Below are positions 23,603 through 30,881 of a DNA stretch of 32,786 nucleotides, in pieces. Numbering within the stretch: the first letter of the stretch is position 1; every line of letters starts with the position of its first letter. The notes under the pieces are model-generated. The model searched no databases. It was not told the DNA's origin and worked only from the letters and a program-made list of their open reading frames with translations. Source of the DNA: Clostridia bacterium. GTDB taxonomy: Bacteria > Bacillota > Clostridia > Christensenellales > CAG-138. The translations under genes and the position numbers were made by a program. Location: NCBI GenBank assembly GCA_045652385.1, contig JAZRUD010000056.1, positions 1-32,786 on the forward strand, written 5' to 3'.

Positions 23603-25141
23603 TCAGGAGGCGATCTTAATCATGTAATCGCCACTGGTGAGATGGTAAAGTGTTCGTTTAGGGTCCAGAGGAATCCAATTGTCCGCACTAAACGAACACA
23701 CGAGTGCGGGAGGAAGATCGGAAGATTTTTGCCGGTCTTCTTTTTTTATGCTGAAATAGATCTGCATGTGGTCCGCATGGATCTCGACACGGGTGACAAA
23801 GGCGTCAAGCAGGCCGGCGCGGGTGAAATCCTGATCCTCATGCCCGGATCGGAATATTTCGAGGTAGCTGATGATATCGTCTTCCGTCAGCTGATCGGTG
23901 AACAGCTGCTCCGTGTCCCGGATCTGAGCGGAGAGATCCGCTTCTTCACGTTCAAGACGGAGGAGCTCCTCTTTGGTTGTATCGGTGATAATTCCGGCGA
24001 GGATCGCTTTCATCAGGTTCGATTTCTGAGTTTTTACGGACTGCAGCTGAGCACGGAGGATATCAAGATCCGTTTCCGGGAGGAGCTTCTGCTGATCCAT
24101 ATATGTCTGATGAGCCATCCAGCGGATTGAGTCATCAGAGAGGACATCGTCCCAGATGGCCCGGCAGACGGCGGATTCGAGCTGATCCCGGGCGTAACTG
24201 CGCTGATCACAGCGGTGGGCACGGTGGCCCTGACAGGTGTAGTAGTAGCAGAGTTTACCGGACTTGGAGGTGCCGCTGGTACCGGTCATGGCGGAGGAAC
24301 ACAGACCGCAGTACAATTTCCCGGTCAGCATGTAGATCCCGTTCGGCGTGCGGCGCGGGCCGCGGGGGCGAGCCTTATTCGGAAGTAGTGCCTGCACCTT
24401 GTAAAAGGTATCTTTATCCACGATCTGAGGGATCGCGTCTTCTTTGATATTGTATTTGCTGACATATGTGCCGATATACCGCTGATTGGTCAGCAGAGAA
24501 TTGAAAGATGATTTTCCCCACGCAGATCCGTGCCGGGTGCGGATGCCGCGGGCGTTCAGGCCCCGGTAAATATCCGCGTAAAGATCACCGGCAGCGACCC
24601 GGCGAAAGATCTCGCGCACGACATCAGCCTCTTCGGGCTGGATTTCATAATGACCGTCAGCGGAGCGACGGAACCCGAAGGGGACGGATCCGGTGGCGAG
24701 GCAGTGCTGGGCGTTGTTCTCGTAGCCACGGCGAATCTTCTGGGACAGCTCGGCGGAATAATACTGGGCGAGGCCCTCAAACACGGATTCGACCAGGATG
24801 CCGGAGGGACTGTCTGAGATCGGCTCGGTGGCGGAGATCACACGGACGCCGGCCTGGCGAAGCTCATATTTGTACCGGGCTGAATCGTATTTATCCCGGG
24901 AGAAACGGTCGAGGGCGTAGACCAGGACGAACGAAAAGGATCCACCATGCGCGTCTTTGATCATCCGAAGGAACTGAGGGCGCTGATCCGTTCGACCGGT
25001 CATGGCGTGATCTGAATACACGCGGAGGATCTCATACCCGTTTTGCCGGGCAAAAGCGGTGCAGATATTGATTTGCTGTTCGATGGAAGCTTCGCGCTGG
25101 GCGTTTGATGAGAACCGGGCATAAATGACAGCTGGTATCAT
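23603..25141 (-). CDS. Large serine recombinase (phage integrase type)
   Basis: 512 aa with a resolvase-type N-terminus (VIYARFSSNAQREASIEQQ, Ser nucleophile). A recombinase domain follows, then a Cys cluster (CGLC ... CYYYTC) and a C-terminal coiled coil. Confidence 0.92.
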   Translation of the reverse strand: MIPAVIYARFSSNAQREASIEQQINICTAFARQNGYEILRVYSDHAMTGRTDQRPQFLRMIKDAHGGSFSFVLVYALDRFSRDKYDSARYKYELRQAGVRVISATEPISDSPSGILVESVFEGLAQYYSAELSQKIRRGYENNAQHCLATGSVPFGFRRSADGHYEIQPEEADVVREIFRRVAAGDLYADIYRGLNARGIRTRHGSAWGKSSFNSLLTNQRYIGTYVSKYNIKEDAIPQIVDKDTFYKVQALLPNKARPRGPRRTPNGIYMLTGKLYCGLCSSAMTGTSGTSKSGKLCYYYTCQGHRAHRCDQRSYARDQLESAVCRAIWDDVLSDDSIRWMAHQTYMDQQKLLPETDLDILRAQLQSVKTQKSNLMKAILAGIITDTTKEELLRLEREEADLSAQIRDTEQLFTDQLTEDDIISYLEIFRSGHEDQDFTRAGLLDAFVTRVEIHADHMQIYFSIKKEDRQKSSDLPPALVCSFSADNWIPLDPKRTLYHLTSGDYMIKIAS

Positions 25142-25320
25142 TTTCTTCTCCTTAATTCATTGAGAATGGCAATCAGCAGGCCGATGATAATAACGCCGAT
25201 AAGATAATAAAGACGCGGAGGGACGAGAAGAGAAATGATAATTTCAGCAAGACCTGGCAAAAAAGGAATCGCAACAATAACCAGGGCGACGATCAGGGCA
25301 GTAATGACATATTTTTTCAT
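25138..25320 (-). CDS. Small two-TM membrane protein
   Basis: 60 aa counted from the internal ATG (MKKYVITALIVALVIVAIPFLPG...IGVIIIGLLIAIL). RBS ggaggag. The stop overlaps the recombinase ATG (ATGA). Confidence 0.55.
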   Translation of the reverse strand: MKKYVITALIVALVIVAIPFLPGLAEIIISLLVPPRLYYLIGVIIIGLLIAILNELRRRK

Positions 25321-25454
25321 ACAGACTCCTCCGGGTTTTTTGTAATGTTCTGCCAGTTCGGGAAACATTCGAGAAAATGATCACATTCGTCACAACATTC
25401 AGGGTTGGATTCACACAGATCGGGGGATCCGGGGCTATATTTTTCTTTATCCAT
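25317..25454 (-). CDS. Small Cys-rich acidic protein (45 aa), below the ORF-track size cut-off
   Basis: It encodes MDKEKYSPGSPDLCESNPECCDECDHFLECFPNWQNITKNPEESV. RBS agggaga. There are ATGA overlaps with both neighbours, and an alternative start at 25460. Confidence 0.45.
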   Translation of the reverse strand: MDKEKYSPGSPDLCESNPECCDECDHFLECFPNWQNITKNPEESV

Positions 25455-25456
25455 AT

Positions 25457-25870
25457 TCATTCTCCCTTTGGCGTCTCTGGGATTTGTAAAAAGCCGTTCA
25501 CTTCTGAGGCGGAAAAAGGATCCAACCTGTGGAAAGAGCGGTAACCGCCTTCAACACGGTAATACAGGATGCCGTCGACGAGACTCATGGTAAAGATAGA
25601 GCCGGGACCGGCATTGAGGTAAAATGTTTTTCCGTCAGGGTCTGCGCTCCAGCTCATAGTGGAGGAAGCAGGCAGGTAATCGCTCTGATCAGTATAGGAG
25701 CAGGCCGTGTGATCGCTTTTGAAATCAATCACGTAAAGATACCATGAATCAAACTGCGGGCGGCTTTCATAAAGGATGTACCATATGCCGATGAGATCTT
25801 CTTCCGCAGCGAAGGAGGAAGAGGATAGAAAGAGGAGAGCAGCGAGTAGAAGAGCAAGGAACTTTTTCAT
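25457..25870 (-). CDS. Secreted protein with an SPase I signal peptide (candidate prophage surface or exclusion factor)
   Basis: ATG 25870 lies 7 nt after GGAGG. The signal peptide is MKKFLALLLAALLFLSSSSFA/AEED with no lipobox Cys. The mature part is beta-rich and Trp/Tyr-rich. Confidence 0.65.
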   Translation of the reverse strand: MKKFLALLLAALLFLSSSSFAAEEDLIGIWYILYESRPQFDSWYLYVIDFKSDHTACSYTDQSDYLPASSTMSWSADPDGKTFYLNAGPGSIFTMSLVDGILYYRVEGGYRSFHRLDPFSASEVNGFLQIPETPKGE

Positions 25871-25898
25871 ATTCACACCTCCAAATAATAATCGGCCA

Positions 25899-26237
25899 TC
25901 AGGCCGGGTGGTTCAAAAGGGTGCTCAGGGCGTCGGATCTGGCCCGGTCATCAGCTGCCCGCCAGGCGCGGATCAGAGCCTTCTCATCATCGGAAAGAGA
26001 GAGGATCTCGACTCTTTTGGACACGTCGAAACCGTAAAGCCACGGAATGGTCACGCCGAAGTACATGGCGAGCGCGTTGATGATTGGCTGGCGAGGGCTG
26101 TTCTGACCGGTGACCCAGGCACTGATCGTCTGGCGAGCGATGCCGAAATCGGAAGCGATGGAAGATTGAGATTTCCCGCTTTCTTCAATCAGCTCACACA
26201 GGCGCTGCTGGAATGTGGAGACTTTCTTTTCAGTCAT
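25899..26237 (-). CDS. XRE-family HTH repressor (CI-like)
   Basis: 112 aa with HTH FQQRLCELIEESGKSQSSIASDFGIARQTISAWVTGQNSP. It is divergent from a Cro-like gene across an operator-rich region. Confidence 0.85.
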   Translation of the reverse strand: MTEKKVSTFQQRLCELIEESGKSQSSIASDFGIARQTISAWVTGQNSPRQPIINALAMYFGVTIPWLYGFDVSKRVEILSLSDDEKALIRAWRAADDRARSDALSTLLNHPA

Positions 26238-26254
26238 AAAATCACCTCTTTTCC

Positions 26255-26283
26255 ATTATATGGAAAAAGAAAAGAAAAAGCAA
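26255..26283 (-). promoter_or_regulatory. Promoter candidate for the repressor operon (PRM-like)
   Basis: On the minus strand: TTGCTT, 17 nt, TATAAT. The -10 element is embedded in the palindrome TTTTCCATTATATGGAAAA. Confidence 0.5.
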
Positions 26284-26314
26284 CCGCCAAAAGTAAAAAA
26301 TGTCCATTTAATGG

Positions 26315-26343
26315 TTGACAATGCAAATTGAACATGCTAAGAT
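26315..26343 (+). promoter_or_regulatory. Early rightward promoter candidate (PR-like)
   Basis: TTGACA, 17 nt, TAAGAT, upstream of the Cro-like gene. Confidence 0.55.
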
Positions 26344-26389
26344 AAGCTGTCCATTAAATAGACAATTCAATCAAAGGAGGTACACAACA

Positions 26390-26635
26390 ATGGAGCAGAC
26401 CAAAGGGACAGCTCTGCGCGGGAGAGTCATCGAGAAATACGGATCTCTTTCAAACTTCGCGGAGGCGCTGGGGTGGAGCGCTCGAAAGGTCAGTTACATT
26501 GTCGGGGAGAAACAATCACCGACAGCAAAGGAAACTGAAGAGATGGCGAAAAGGCTGGACGTAGACAACGCTCAGGACTTTATGCGCATTTTTTATCCTC
26601 AGATGTCCATCAAATGGACTGACATCGTGGCTTGA
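26390..26635 (+). CDS. Cro-like / XRE-type HTH protein
   Basis: 81 aa counted from ATG 26390 with RBS aaaggagg. HTH-like SNFAEALGWSARKVSYIVGEKQSP. The longer ORF-track start would read through the promoter. Confidence 0.7.
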   Translation: MEQTKGTALRGRVIEKYGSLSNFAEALGWSARKVSYIVGEKQSPTAKETEEMAKRLDVDNAQDFMRIFYPQMSIKWTDIVA

Positions 26636-26647
26636 GGAGGTTGTTTT

Positions 26648-26827
26648 ATGAGCAACTTTATCTTCATGCGGAACCTGTGTTTGGCTGTTAAGCGGTACAA
26701 GCAGGAAAATCCGGGCGTGCTGGAGGCGCGGTCTGAGGAGAGACGGCGGAGGGAGATGATAGAGGATGGAGGAGGACAAGACGATCCGGGACCAGCTCGA
26801 CGAGATCATCGGAGAGATCTGCGATAA
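26648..26827 (+). CDS. Small basic hypothetical protein (59 aa)
   Basis: Strong RBS gaggagg 8 nt before the ATG. It overlaps the next gene by 62 nt, and the C-terminal part has unnatural Arg-rich composition. Confidence 0.4.
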   Translation: MSNFIFMRNLCLAVKRYKQENPGVLEARSEERRRREMIEDGGGQDDPGPARRDHRRDLR

Positions 26828-26957
26828 CTACTGCAAGTATCCGGCGATCGCGGACGGGAAGGCATTCGCGGAGGCTGCGGATCAGGACGAGCTGGCGGAA
26901 CTGGCTCAGGCGATCCTGGACGGGTACTGCCAGAAGTGCCCGTTCATGAAAATCTGA
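26766..26957 (+). CDS. Small acidic 4-Cys protein
   Basis: 63 aa with ICDNYC ... YCQKCP. Confidence 0.5.
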   Translation: MEEDKTIRDQLDEIIGEICDNYCKYPAIADGKAFAEAADQDELAELAQAILDGYCQKCPFMKI

Positions 26958-26975
26958 CTGAAAGGAGGGAAAAGC

Positions 26976-27317
26976 ATGGAACAGGAGGCGCTGACGATCA
27001 ACGGGGAGATGTTTAAAGAGCTGCGAATTAGTATGAACTTCGCGCTGAACATCCTGATTAACCGGATGATGGAGACGAAGATCGGGGCCGGGACGGTAAC
27101 CGCGAAGATCGGGATCAAGCTGGACGAGATCACGAACGAGGACGGCGAGATTGTACGGATACCGAGCTTCTCATACTCGATCGGCATGGGGATGGCTGAA
27201 AAGGAATCCTTCAAGGGAAGCTTGCGTAGGGATCTGATCATGACCCGGAAGGACGGGAGGCTGATGATCGGGACCAACCAGGTGACGATGGACGAGATCC
27301 TGGGGGAAAAGAAATAA
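26976..27317 (+). CDS. Hypothetical early protein
   Basis: 113 aa with strong RBS aaaggaggg. Confidence 0.6.
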   Translation: MEQEALTINGEMFKELRISMNFALNILINRMMETKIGAGTVTAKIGIKLDEITNEDGEIVRIPSFSYSIGMGMAEKESFKGSLRRDLIMTRKDGRLMIGTNQVTMDEILGEKK

Positions 27318-27418
27318 GCCGGAGGCGCTGGAACGCCTGCCGGCCGGTGAAAAAAGGATTACTTAATGATTATATCACGGATAAGAGAAAAAACGCAAGG
27401 TGAAGGAGAGGATACGCA

Positions 27419-27580
27419 ATGACAAGAGCATTTAAGGCCGCGGACGGAAGATGGATCCGGACGGAGGTCACCGGGGAGCAGGCACTGCGCGCGGCGGGGC
27501 GCTGGGCTCTTTATATTATCGCGGAGGTCGGCATGGCGCTGCTGTGCGCCTGGGCGATTTTCGGGAGGGCCGGGATATGA
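27419..27580 (+). CDS. Small hypothetical membrane protein (53 aa)
   Basis: RBS aaggagagg. Hydrophobic C-terminal segment WALYIIAEVGMALLCAWAIF. The stop overlaps the next ATG. Confidence 0.4.
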   Translation: MTRAFKAADGRWIRTEVTGEQALRAAGRWALYIIAEVGMALLCAWAIFGRAGI

Positions 27581-27789
27581 GAAAACCGTCAAAATACGTG
27601 ATCACCAAGAAAATCCATGGGGAGCAGGTGTTCCTGCGGCTGATTGAGCGGGACGCCTTGATGCGGGATTGCTATACCTGGAACAAGAGCCCGCGGATGG
27701 CACTGGTATACAGCGACAAAAAGCGGGCGGAGGAGATCGCCAGGGCGTGCCGGGGCGAGGTTGTGAACGTGCGGGAGGTGGCAGAATGA
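27577..27789 (+). CDS. Hypothetical early protein
   Basis: 70 aa counted from ATG 27577 (ATGA overlap). Confidence 0.5.
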   Translation: MRKPSKYVITKKIHGEQVFLRLIERDALMRDCYTWNKSPRMALVYSDKKRAEEIARACRGEVVNVREVAE

Positions 27790-28022
27790 AACGCTATATC
27801 ATGCGAAAAGGCAGACAATACTTTTCCAGGCTGATGCTGCCGGAGAACGGTGGGAAGGCCGTGCAGAAATACACGCCGTACCGGTACGACGCGGCGGCGG
27901 TCGAGAACATGAACATGGCCATCAAATGCGCCAGGCGGCTCGGGTGCGACACGGTGGAGTCATTTGATCCGGCGACGGGGAAAGGAGAGGTCGTATGGTC
28001 GTATACCTCAGCGGCAAGATGA
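27786..28022 (+). CDS. Hypothetical early protein, weakly similar to the preceding gene
   Basis: 78 aa counted from ATG 27786 (ATGA overlap). Confidence 0.5.
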   Translation: MKRYIMRKGRQYFSRLMLPENGGKAVQKYTPYRYDAAAVENMNMAIKCARRLGCDTVESFDPATGKGEVVWSYTSAAR

Positions 28023-28291
28023 CCGGAGAGCCGGATCTGGGCCGGGCGCTTTTCAACAAGGCGCAGAAGAAACTGGAGGCGGAAGGGATTACGGTGATCA
28101 ATCCGGCCATGCTGCCGGAGGGGCTGAAGCCGGAGGCGTATATGCCGATCTGCCTGGAGATGATGAAGTGGGCCGACGTGGTCGCGATGCTGCCCGGATG
28201 GTCGGAGAGCGAAGGGGCGCAGCTCGAAAGGGCTTTCGCAAAGCGGCAGGGCATTAAGGTCAGGTACCTCACGAAGGAGGGCCGGGAATGA
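27995..28291 (+). CDS. DUF4406 / nucleoside 2-deoxyribosyltransferase-like protein
   Basis: 98 aa with RBS aaaggagagg. The pattern VYLSGKMTG...NPAML...CLEMMKWADVVAMLPGWSESEGAQLERAFAKRQGI matches my memory of the DUF4406 family. Confidence 0.65.
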   Translation: MVVYLSGKMTGEPDLGRALFNKAQKKLEAEGITVINPAMLPEGLKPEAYMPICLEMMKWADVVAMLPGWSESEGAQLERAFAKRQGIKVRYLTKEGRE

Positions 28292-28482
28292 ATAGGATCA
28301 AGGTATACGAGGATCAGTTCCTGACCGTGACGGACTGCGTGGACAGCGGGGAGCTGGTAGCCAGGCGGATCGTCATGAAAAACGAATACGGCACCATCGA
28401 GAAAGAATACCACAAGGTTTTTATGCCGGGGATGCCGGCAGTGAAGGGAGCTGCGGAAAATGACGATCACGAGAGAGGATAA
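28288..28482 (+). CDS. Hypothetical early protein
   Basis: 64 aa with an ATGA overlap with the upstream gene. Confidence 0.5.
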   Translation: MNRIKVYEDQFLTVTDCVDSGELVARRIVMKNEYGTIEKEYHKVFMPGMPAVKGAAENDDHERG

Positions 28483-28720
28483 GCTGGTCCGGGCCGAGCA
28501 GAGGCTGCAGTATGAGCTCGAGCTGGCCGCGGAGGCCGTGGAAAGGCTCGCGGGGATCACCGATCCGCACGTGCAGGCGATCCTGACGGACTATTTGCTC
28601 ATGGTTAATCACATAAGGACGGAGATCTACATGATCCACGCGGAGATGGACCGGGGAAAGGGGGCGGCGGAGGATGATCTGCCAGGGGTGCGTGTTTTAT
28701 CACCCGAGAAGGACGCGTAA
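28460..28720 (+). CDS. Hypothetical early protein
   Basis: 86 aa, helical composition. Confidence 0.45.
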   Translation: MTITREDKLVRAEQRLQYELELAAEAVERLAGITDPHVQAILTDYLLMVNHIRTEIYMIHAEMDRGKGAAEDDLPGVRVLSPEKDA

Positions 28721-28901
28721 ACCGTGCGCCGTGCTGCCGCATGTGGATTGCGGGACGATGAACCGGTGCGACATGCGGTGGCAGGCTACGGAGAGCATGC
28801 TGGCCATGAGGACGCGCAGCGAGGAGGAACAGCGGGAGCTGCGGCCGTGGCAGATGGAAATCATGGAGACGCCGATCGAGGCGCGGAGGAATGAGATATA
28901 A
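28674..28901 (+). CDS. Hypothetical Cys-containing early protein
   Basis: 75 aa with N-terminal CQGC plus two further Cys. The start is uncertain. Confidence 0.4.
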   Translation: MICQGCVFYHPRRTRKPCAVLPHVDCGTMNRCDMRWQATESMLAMRTRSEEEQRELRPWQMEIMETPIEARRNEI

Positions 28902-29015
28902 ATGGGGATATGGACGATTGAGGGTGTCGCACAGCTTTTGTGTTTAGCGGCGGTTCTGGTGGTGTTTATTTATCACATGACACATTAAATAATCCGGAAG
29001 TGGAGGTAGAAAACG

Positions 29016-29528
29016 ATGTGGAAGGAAACGTCGGCTGAGGACGTGCTGAAGATCATGCGGAACGACAGCAAAAAGCTGGATGACGCTATAAACGAGCTGG
29101 ACGAATTGAACGCGGATCTGCGGAAAGTGAGAGAGCTGATCACGAACACTGTGATCCGGTACCGTAAGGAAAAGCTGAAGAAAAAGACCCTGAAAAAAGC
29201 CGAGAGCGAAAACGCATTTTCGGAGCTGGACGATTATTCGACCAGGGAGAGCATCCGGGACTGCTACGGTTATGAAATGATCACGGAAGCGGAGATGGAC
29301 AGGCTGTTTTATTTATGGGATCTGCGGGAGGAACAGCGGAAGAAGAAAAACTGCGAAGTTTATGAGGACCGGGTGACGAAGATGCTGCAGCAGGGGATGA
29401 ATGCAATCGAGGACAGATACAGAGACAGGAAGGAAGAGCTGGAGGAAATCACATACAAAGCGACGCAGGAGGCCAGAAGGCGGGCACAAGTCATAAACGA
29501 AAGCCGCCAGGGCTTCCTGGCTATTTAA
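29016..29528 (+). CDS. Hypothetical coiled-coil protein
   Basis: 170 aa with RBS ggagg. Strongly charged helical composition. Confidence 0.6.
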   Translation: MWKETSAEDVLKIMRNDSKKLDDAINELDELNADLRKVRELITNTVIRYRKEKLKKKTLKKAESENAFSELDDYSTRESIRDCYGYEMITEAEMDRLFYLWDLREEQRKKKNCEVYEDRVTKMLQQGMNAIEDRYRDRKEELEEITYKATQEARRRAQVINESRQGFLAI

Positions 29529-29540
29529 GGTGAGGGAGGC

Positions 29541-29960
29541 ATGGAAGGACAGCAGATCAGCATGTTCCAGATGCTGGACGAATACGAGACGCAACAGATT
29601 CCGCCGGACAAGCAGAAAAAAGATATGAAGGGATGGATCATTGAAATCAGCGGGATCTTCCTGAAAGAAAACGGATATAAAGACGAATGGACGGGAGTTG
29701 AGACAAGGCCGATCATTTTTGAAGAAGACACACGAAAGGACAGAGATGGATTCACGATGCAGCACGCGCACACAATAAAAGGTCCGCATCATGGCTGGGC
29801 ATCACGTCCGAAAACGATATTCAGCAGCCGGCCATCCTGGGCGGATTGCTTGAAATATGGAAGGGATGTGGCACATAAAGAAGGATACCCGGAAGAGATA
29901 CGTTTTTATAGCCGGGATGGAGATTGGAACGGCATATATTCGTACGAAAAAGGATATTGA
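29541..29960 (+). CDS. Hypothetical early protein
   Basis: 139 aa with RBS gagggagg. Confidence 0.6.
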   Translation: MEGQQISMFQMLDEYETQQIPPDKQKKDMKGWIIEISGIFLKENGYKDEWTGVETRPIIFEEDTRKDRDGFTMQHAHTIKGPHHGWASRPKTIFSSRPSWADCLKYGRDVAHKEGYPEEIRFYSRDGDWNGIYSYEKGY

Positions 29961-30030
29961 GGAGAGGTGAATAACCGGAGCCGAATTAAGGCCCGTCGGA
30001 GAGCGGCTATCCGGGATTGCGAAAGGGTCG

Positions 30031-30300
30031 ATGAGAATGATTGAATACTCGGTGATGCTTGAGCGACACAAAGGATCATCACGGCCAGACGTATGCGTTT
30101 TCAGCGACTACGACAGAGAAAATGCGATCGCCGCGATGAGAGCGTACTGCAAGAAAAACGGTTTCACGGTATACGACCACGATGGGCGGTTTACGGTCGC
30201 CGACATCGTGCTGGTTGAGAAGGAGCCGATTGTCGGAGCTCCGATCATCAGTCGAACGCCGTATATCGAGATTTTTAACATCTATGACGAAAGACGGTGA
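30031..30300 (+). CDS. Hypothetical early protein
   Basis: 89 aa, with an alternative start at 30037. Confidence 0.5.
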   Translation: MRMIEYSVMLERHKGSSRPDVCVFSDYDRENAIAAMRAYCKKNGFTVYDHDGRFTVADIVLVEKEPIVGAPIISRTPYIEIFNIYDERR

Positions 30301-30306
30301 AGTGAA

Positions 30307-30531
30307 ATGACGGGGAGCGGCAAGCTGAGATACGTGCCGCTGGAAGGGTACAGGCACGTTTGCCCGGTATGCGGTAAAGAATTCTGGGGGATGGCAAACT
30401 GGGCATATAAAGCGGGATATAAAAACAGCCCGGTATATCTGTGCAGTTGGAAGTGCCTGCAGAAGAGACGGCAGGAAAAGAAGAAAGTAGAGGAGCTTCG
30501 GGAGGCGATCCGGCAGAATGGAGGGAAGTGA
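30307..30531 (+). CDS. Small zinc-ribbon-like protein
   Basis: 74 aa with CPVC ... CSWKC and a basic C-terminus. Confidence 0.55.
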   Translation: MTGSGKLRYVPLEGYRHVCPVCGKEFWGMANWAYKAGYKNSPVYLCSWKCLQKRRQEKKKVEELREAIRQNGGK

Positions 30532-30772
30532 GGTGGGAACATGCCGGTTATGTGGGGCAGAGATCGCATTCATCAAATGTCCGAATAATCATCTTGTGGC
30601 GGTAGAGCCGGAGCCGATCTGGGTGCAGTGGGACAGGACTGGGGGAAAGTATCTGATGGATAACGGATGCTATATCACAGGCATAGAGGTCGGAGACGCT
30701 GCGGAGGGGCCGAACATCAGGCAAGCGTGGATAAAACACGCGAGGGTTTGCCAGGGAAGGAAACGCAGATAA
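30518..30772 (+). CDS. Small Cys-containing hypothetical protein
   Basis: 84 aa with CRLC ... KC. Confidence 0.45.
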   Translation: MEGSEVGTCRLCGAEIAFIKCPNNHLVAVEPEPIWVQWDRTGGKYLMDNGCYITGIEVGDAAEGPNIRQAWIKHARVCQGRKRR

Positions 30773-30881
30773 GTATCTTCTATTATATGTCACCCCGGAA
30801 CGGATCCGGAAGCGCGGCCCGGTGCTCCGCTTAATCAGGCTCGTATGATGTTTATTAAATCAAACGTATCGGGATCCGGAG

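Larger units (their letters stand above)
26252..26362. promoter_or_regulatory. Three related 13-bp operator-like sites
   Basis: tccattatatgga (26252-26264), tccatttaatggt (26303-26315) and tccattaaataga (26350-26362). They overlap the PRM -10, abut the PR -35, and lie just downstream of the PR -10 respectively. Confidence 0.45.

Noticed and set aside
25317-25454. A SCIFF-type ranthipeptide precursor (45 residues, Cys-rich).
   Set aside because: It has only five Cys, clustered centrally rather than at the C-terminus. There is no Gly-rich leader pattern and no radical-SAM maturase in the window.
26315-26389. The N-terminal extension of the Cro-like ORF (ORF-track start at 26315). Similar upstream extensions occur for the endolysin (22201), the second glycosyltransferase (6487), the gp10-like gene (8325), ORF 19046 (18965), ORF 22986 (22920) and ORFs 27577/27786.
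   Set aside because: The extensions run through promoters or upstream genes, lack an RBS and have unnatural composition. The internal starts have good RBS sequences or ATGA coupling.
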